Shown here: positions 57,748-64,000 of the stretch, one piece after another
Numbering within the stretch: the first letter of the stretch is position 1
Layout of the letters: each line of letters begins with the position of its first letter
NCBI GenBank assembly: GCA_040285825.1
Contig: JAUPSS010000002.1
Span: 2,604,001 to 2,668,000, forward strand
Direction of reading: 5' to 3'
Source of the DNA: Eukaryota sp. TZLM1-RC
Taxonomy: Eukaryota; Protista; Metamonada: BaSk clade
DNA length: 64,000 nucleotides
Notes under the pieces: generated by a model
The model's input: only the letters and a program-made list of their open reading frames with translations
Told to the model about the DNA's origin: nothing
The model's database searches: none
Position numbers and translations under genes: made by a program

Positions 57748-59337
57748 ATGTTGACTAAAACCCATTACAACCTCTCACATCAGCGCTGCAAGGACGTTCC
57801 TCCCAGAATCTTTCGAATGACTCATCTAAGAGTACTCGATCTTTCTTTCAACTGTATAACCTTCTTTTCCACAGTTGATTTTTGCTCTCTTCGCTATCTC
57901 GAATATCTGGACCTTTCTTCCAATAGAATATCGGAATTTTCCCTCATCCTTTCATTATCTCAACTCTCACGTTTAGCATCACTAACTATACTCCCCAACC
58001 CTTTCTCACCATACAAGCTTCCCATAGTAAACAACCAGCGACCCAAGAAGAGTTGTATCAGCATATTCGATAGAACCACCTTGTTAGCACTGTTACTGTT
58101 CAAAGATTTTACTGGCAAGACAAGGTTTAACAGTCTTGCCATTCTTGATGGAGTTCCTATTTCCAAAGATGAAAGATCCAAAGCGTTTCTTTTCTTAAAT
58201 AAACTATATGGAAAAAACCTAAACTTTAACGCCAACCCTAACCCCAATCCTAAGTCCAAATCACTATCTGAACCAATTGATTCAAACTCAACCAATGATG
58301 TTCTTGATTCGGTTTTGAACCAACAAATTACCCCCTTTGTACCAATCAAATCAAATCAATCAATCAAATCCACCTCAGAGTCACCTCCAGATACATCTCC
58401 ACCTCCAGACTCTCTCTCCTTTGATGAGTTACTCGATTTGGACCTTGACACATGGAGGAAGCTATTAACTATTGAGCAAGGGTCGGCTGATGGCACTTCT
58501 CAAGTAAGTGGCCTTGATACCATAGACTTTCCTTATATTGCGTGGTTAACGGATGACACGTCAGCAGTCAATCAAAGTCAAGATGGAAACGTAATCATGG
58601 ATGTGATCAGAAAGACGTTTACTCAGCAAAAAGAGCTGTTATTACAAGAACTAAATAAAGTCAATACACTCAACCCCATTACTTCCAACGATATAGATTA
58701 CCTTATCAATAAAATGATGCTTTCAATCAATTACGAAGGTTTATCTAAGCCTGAAGAATCTACCATTGCTTTCAACTTTGGCTCTAGGGTCGTTGAAAGT
58801 CGACTCAGAAGTGATTTAACTTTAAAACAGAAGAAATTAAATCATGAGGTTTATAAATGTCATCAAGATAGAGTTTCAAAAGAATTGCAACGACCAATCA
58901 AATTTCAAGAACATCAACGACCAAGGTCCAATGTTTTTGATTTTAGGCAACGTAGAGATCAAATCAGGAAAATTTCGAGATGTCAACGTGCTGCGCTCTT
59001 AAAGGAAGAATCTTCTATTTCTTCTGCTTCTTCAAAGCTGTTTAATGATCATTATGCCCAGTTATTTGCAATGGTAAAGGTGCATTCTTGGCTGAATGAT
59101 TTTCTAAAAAGAAAGAAAGATTTCCCTTTTTCTTTTAAGAGCAATATGAAACAGGCCAGAGATGGATCTTATTTTAGGTTTAGAAATTGTACAAAGTCAA
59201 CACTGGAATCAAATAGTAAAAAGAATAATGAGCAATTTAATTTCAATTCATTGGATGAAGATATTTCTATGGTTGATGAAGAATTGACATTGGATAGCAT
59301 TCGAAATAATGTTAGACGAAATTGTCTTTTGTTCTAA
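57748..59337 (+). CDS. Leucine-rich repeat protein (N-terminal LRRs with LRR cap)
   Basis: LRVLDLSFNCI, LEYLDLSSNRI, L..LDG.PI...ER; first in-frame ATG at 57748. Confidence 0.75.
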   Translation: MLTKTHYNLSHQRCKDVPPRIFRMTHLRVLDLSFNCITFFSTVDFCSLRYLEYLDLSSNRISEFSLILSLSQLSRLASLTILPNPFSPYKLPIVNNQRPKKSCISIFDRTTLLALLLFKDFTGKTRFNSLAILDGVPISKDERSKAFLFLNKLYGKNLNFNANPNPNPKSKSLSEPIDSNSTNDVLDSVLNQQITPFVPIKSNQSIKSTSESPPDTSPPPDSLSFDELLDLDLDTWRKLLTIEQGSADGTSQVSGLDTIDFPYIAWLTDDTSAVNQSQDGNVIMDVIRKTFTQQKELLLQELNKVNTLNPITSNDIDYLINKMMLSINYEGLSKPEESTIAFNFGSRVVESRLRSDLTLKQKKLNHEVYKCHQDRVSKELQRPIKFQEHQRPRSNVFDFRQRRDQIRKISRCQRAALLKEESSISSASSKLFNDHYAQLFAMVKVHSWLNDFLKRKKDFPFSFKSNMKQARDGSYFRFRNCTKSTLESNSKKNNEQFNFNSLDEDISMVDEELTLDSIRNNVRRNCLLF

Positions 59338-59623
59338 TTGTTTTCAATTCATATTTGGTTGATTTTTTATTGTTTTGAAACAAATTTTTGTTAAATCCAT
59401 TTTATCAAAGCCAAAAGAAACTGCTACTTAAAAGAATAAAATTAGATTTCGACACATTGAACTAAATTAATTGATTGTTTATTTATTTCATAAACATAAG
59501 CACTTTCGTCAAAAAAATGTAATTAACGTTAGATTTTGTGGAACTTGTACCTAGAAAAATGTAATTTTCTGCGACGAAAATAAATGAAAAAACCGAAAAA
59601 ATACTAATTTAAAATACTTTAAT

Positions 59624-60421
59624 TTACATGTTAATTGAATAAACAGTTTTTCTTGACGAAACAATGACCGATTCCTGGAACAAACACAAACCAGTAACCT
59701 CTGAAAACTCCAACTCAACACCTCCAATTTCCTCCCCCTTGTTATTGAGCTTTACGACACGACCACCAACACCTCCCACTATCTCGCTTTCGCATAACCC
59801 AACGTAAATGTTACCTTCTTGGTCGACATCAATACCAAACGGCCCAACACGACCATTGAGCTGATGAAAGACGGAAGGTATCCAAACATCGCCAACGTTA
59901 CGCACAAATCGTAAAATTCTATTAGAAGAGGACTCACATAGGTACATGACATTACCATTAGGAGTGATAGTGATGGAGGAGGGGAAGGCAAGTGATTGAT
60001 ACGCGATTGGTTTCAGCAATCTTGTCCTTTCATCCAACATGAACAGAGACCCTTTGGGATCTAGGAGAGAAGTGGTACCGGGATGACCGGGGTCAGTAAA
60101 GAAGAGTTCGGATTGGAATGAAACAACTTGGTGTGGACCGTGAAACGGAATTTCATTGTAATGTGAGGACACGATTTGAAGGTCATCTGAGAGAAAAAGA
60201 AGACCATTGTGCTCCTTATCAGTAATGAAGATCTTGCCATCGGTTGATTGGCAGGCAGAAGTACAGCAACCTCCTGTTGAAACAATCTCATTGGAAGCGT
60301 CTTCTGATATATGTATTATAGAACTGGACTCTGAATCACAAACAATGAGACGGCCATCTCTAAGGACAGCTGGATTGTGTAAGGAACCTGAAGAGGAAGT
60401 ATACAGAATGGAAGTAGACAT
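59624..60421 (-). CDS. SMP-30/gluconolactonase/strictosidine-synthase-like beta-propeller protein
   Basis: FFTDPG, LAFP..I.I.P.G..MYL.E...NRILRF, GP.GIDVDQEGNIYV. Confidence 0.8.
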   Translation of the reverse strand: MSTSILYTSSSGSLHNPAVLRDGRLIVCDSESSSIIHISEDASNEIVSTGGCCTSACQSTDGKIFITDKEHNGLLFLSDDLQIVSSHYNEIPFHGPHQVVSFQSELFFTDPGHPGTTSLLDPKGSLFMLDERTRLLKPIAYQSLAFPSSITITPNGNVMYLCESSSNRILRFVRNVGDVWIPSVFHQLNGRVGPFGIDVDQEGNIYVGLCESEIVGGVGGRVVKLNNKGEEIGGVELEFSEVTGLCLFQESVIVSSRKTVYSINM

Positions 60422-60450
60422 GTGTTGTTATCTGAGAATTTCACACAGAG

Positions 60451-62968
60451 TAGGATTTCGATTTGAGTTGAGTCAACTCATTGAGTTTCGAGTTGACTCG
60501 ACTCGACTCGACTCGTTTGACTCATGAGTCGAGTCGAGTCACTTATTATTCAAATGAGTCAAGTCGACTCACATTCGTCAACTTGCGGCATAAAACCTCT
60601 TCCTCTCCTGTTTTTCAAAAACATGTCAAAATTGCGTTGTTGATCCTTAATAAACCAACAACTTGTATCTAACATCAATCAAAAGATCATCAAAAGATTG
60701 TACATTCTAGACCTGTAATAAAGACACCGTTTTTTCTTTTGTAACTCTTATCTATTCTGTTAGCAATGTCCAATATTTTTTGTTGTTGACGTAGAACAAA
60801 TTCAAAAACCTCGACGATTCTCGGATATAAGAAACTTTGCTGTACCCATGTCAATTGTTCCGAACAGATATTACGATGATGCTTCTGAAACTCAACCAAC
60901 AACTGAAATAAGTTCCCCTCGACAAAGATCTGATGTGTGGCCCCATGTAACAAATAAGCAAAGGGCCTCTGGCAAAAAGACATGCAAGCACTGTCATGGA
61001 CCCCCCTGGAATTCGCAGTCTCTTTCGACCACCACAATCAAAAGGCATCTCGATTCTCAACATCCTACCTGGAAAGCAAACAATCCCATTCAATCAAATA
61101 CTCTGTTTGGGACTCCGCAACAGCAAAAGAAGCAGAAACAAGATATGCTCCAAGGTTTATTCACCAAAGTATTGGTGGATTGTGATCTGCCTTTTAATAT
61201 TGTCGAACATGAGAGTTTTCAAATGTTTATTGCTGCCCTAAATCCGGAAATTGAGCTGAAGAAAAGGATACTCAGAAAAAATTCTGTGAACAGCTGTTTG
61301 AGGAAGAACAGTCTAGACTCAAAGACACTCTCCAAGCGTCAAATTCGAAAATCGCTTTAACGGCGGAGCTTTGGTCTTCAGTAGCCAAAAGTCCTTTTTT
61401 GGGAGTAACAGCCCATTGGTTAGACAATGATTTCAAGCCCTGCCATGTTGCTCTTGACATGAGAAAAATGCCGTACCATCACGATGAATCTCATTTGATT
61501 TCTGGACTTTCTGCTATCGTAAAAGATTTTCATCTTGAAGAAAGAATTATTTCTGTCACTACGGACAACGAATGTGCAATTTCAAATGCTGCAAATTGGA
61601 TTTCCCATGGTCGCAGATGTTCTGCTCATGTTTTCAATATTTTGGTACAAGATTATGTCAATTTGACAGCTGATTTCACAAGAAAAATCAAAGAGTTTGT
61701 ATTGGAGCTTCATGGTTCACACAAACTGTACCAGAATTTAAAATGTTTACTAAAAGATGCTGGTTACAACCTCAGTACGATTCCAATGTATGTTGAAACA
61801 AGATGGAATTCTTTTTATCAAATGCTGGCAACTTACCGTGAAGTTGCAAATTGTGTCCAACAGCTTCTTCAAGGTGATCAATCCCTTGCTAAATACTTAT
61901 TGACTGACATAGAAAAGCTACACTTGAAGATAATTGTTGAAATTCTGGAACTCTTTAAGGACGCCACTGATGATGTTGAAAGTGAGTCGTGTACAATTGG
62001 CGTGGCTTCTGTATCAATGAATTTGATAATCCAGAAAGCCAGAGATTTGATTACCGCAGTGAACATACCTGACTGTGTCAAAAAAGCATCTACAAATATT
62101 CTCAAAAAGTGGGAAAGTTTGAGTAGAAACCGTGTACCGTATAGAAGTTTATTGTACAACGAAATGACTTTGATTGGAACTATTCTGGACCCTAGGATTA
62201 AAAACAATCCAAGTCTCTTACCAGTGGAACTACAAGAAGTCGATGCCGACTTTAGTCAACTGAATAGAATGATTCAATCAGTGAGTTCAACTAGTCAACC
62301 AACCATTGTAGAAGCTGGAACAAAGCAAACAGTAAGGAAAAAGGGATTGTTCAATAAAGTTGCTGCCAAGAAATCCAATGTAATGAATCTCCATGTCGAA
62401 AATGAAATGAAATGTTAGCTCAAGGAAGGTATTGTAGATTATGAAACCGATCCCTATCTGTGGTGGATGGAGAATGTGAAAAAGTATCCAAGCTTGGCTA
62501 AGATTGCAAAAGATTATCTTGTTGTACAACCCAGTTCCGCATCAAGTGAACGCCTATTTTCAGCCGCTAGTCAAATAATCAGCAAAAAGAGGGCTCGTTT
62601 GAACGAAGATACTGCAAGATGTTTGTTATGTTTAAGGTCATGGTATAAATAACCACACATAATGGTTGATAGTTAGTTATAGTGAGGTGAGTAGATTTTA
62701 GTTTTTACGTTTGAACATTTTGAAATAAAGTATGATTTTTATTTGATATGACATGATATTTGAACAGAACAGTAATCAAAAATGCAAATAGAAAAATGAT
62801 TATGATAATGTTAAGGTGGACTTGTCTCAATGGATGTAAGAATGAGTCGAGTCGAGTCAATGGATGAAAGAATGAGTCGAGTCGTGTCAACTCATTTGAC
62901 TCATGAGTCGAGTTGAGTCAGATAAGTTTGACTCGAGTTAACTCAACTCAACTCAAATCGAAATCCTA
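60451..62968 (+). mobile_element. Full-length hAT DNA transposon with disrupted transposase
   Basis: 23-bp perfect TIR TAGGATTTCGATTTGAGTTGAGT; 8-bp TSD ACACAGAG; subterminal GACTC/GAGTC arrays. Confidence 0.96.
60848..62652 (+). pseudogene. hAT transposase (BED finger, DDE, dimerization domain); frameshift near 61265 and stop at 62416
   Basis: CKHC..RHL..H, VTAHW, TTDN, RCSAH, TRWNS, LDPR, WW..YP.L..IA.DYL..PSSASSERLFS. Confidence 0.9.
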
Positions 62969-62980
62969 ACACAGAGTGAA

Positions 62981-63750
62981 ATACACAGTTTTTAACAATT
63001 ATGAGAATACGTTTGAACTTACCTCCCCCTCAGTGTTTAACAAATATTCGTTGTAAATGTGGAGCAGTTGCTTCCTATACTCATGTCTTATCTTGTAGGA
63101 AGTTCACTCAGAAGAGGTCGATAATTCACAATGCCGTTCGCGATTGCATTTATGATTTGTTGAAAAGTGCCCATCATCCAGTACGACTAGAACCAGTTTT
63201 TGACGAAATGCAGCTTGCTCAAAGTCAAAAAAGAGGTGACATTCAATGTGCTTGGCATAGCGGCCAGGAATTAATTATTGATTGTACAACTGTTTCTCCT
63301 TGGAAGTTGTCTTCGTCTTCGGACATTGAATCAACCCTCAAAAATACAGAAAGGAGCAAACACTCGAAGTATAATGATTTACTTGTACATTTGAACAAAC
63401 AACGTGGCAGAAACATTGTTTTTGTTCCAATTGGAATTTCTATTTTTGGTACTTTAGGCAGGGAAGGACTATCTTTCTTGAATGATTTAGGCAGTTTCTT
63501 AAAAGACTCAGGACGTTCTTTTGATCAACTTATTTGGAAGAACAGAATTGTTTTCTCACTCTTTAAGGCTCTACCACGTTATTTTAACTCAATACTTTTA
63601 AGTATTACTGAGTTTCACAATGTACGTGCTCATGAATTCGTAAATAGTGAGAATCTACCTTCATTCTGTTAGTGATCACTTATTTAGAATATTGCTTTGC
63701 ATTGTTGTTGTTTATAGAATTCTTGTTTGCATTTTTGGAATAAAGCCAAT
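62981..63750 (+). mobile_element. 5'-truncated RLE non-LTR element (family 3)
   Basis: CKCG..H..SC..HN and RGDI..ID..K..KY motifs; TSD core CACAGAGTGAA at 62970-62980 and 63755-63765. Confidence 0.85.
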
Positions 63751-64000
63751 CTCTCACAGAGTGAATATTGAATAAATACCCCTAATAATTGTGTAAACTT
63801 TTCAGCAAAAGGAGTTAGTATACACTAAACACCTTAACAATACGTTGATGAAAACAGCTACTGCTGTCTTCTTAGACGTCTCATACGCCTTGGCCTTCTG
63901 AATGGTTCTGGCCTAGTACCAGTGAAATACTCACTAATTGCAATCTCCAGCTGGTTTCTGGAGGCTGAGATGTCCCTAGACTAGTTGGTCTCATATCGAG

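Noticed and set aside
60460-60575. GACTC/GAGTC arrays as CRISPR-like repeats
   Set aside because: No unique spacers; these are hAT subterminal repeats mirrored at 62840-62960
62416-62418. In-frame TAG/TAA in hAT, GNA1 and integrase as evidence of stop-codon reassignment
   Set aside because: Host genes are long open frames ending in TAA, TAG or TGA; the internal stops occur only in decaying sequences

Overview
Gene-dense, AT-rich eukaryotic (protist-type) DNA with standard genetic code, 26-33 nt introns and very short intergenic spacers. The gene content is compatible with an anaerobic metamonad-like flagellate, but this is inference only. About 18 host genes (MBL hydrolase, TauE, WBP1/OST48, SFI1-like, YgbA-like, ESF2, CEP44, ICMT, SPC24, two inverted amino-acid transporter paralogs, beta-amylase, DGAT/SOAT, LRR, SMP-30 and others) are interleaved with five Ty3/gypsy-type LTR elements, about 11 RLE-type (CRE-like) non-LTR retrotransposon pieces, one hAT, one MULE and six Fanzor (eukaryotic TnpB) remnants. 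Two patterns stand out. (1) Every Fanzor 3' end lies about 90-140 nt upstream of a co-oriented host start codon, and a shared ~32-40 nt leader (TTATTTCATTGTTATAGACA..ATCT..AAGA-ATG) runs right up to the ATG of four unrelated genes; one subfamily has RuvC-III Asp replaced by Asn. (2) Three unrelated LTR families have no tRNA primer-binding site; in its place is a covarying 12-bp palindrome/hairpin (CAATAATTATTG, CAATACGTATTG, CAGTAATTATTG) spanning the LTR end. All family assignments come from motif recognition by eye; no database searches were run.
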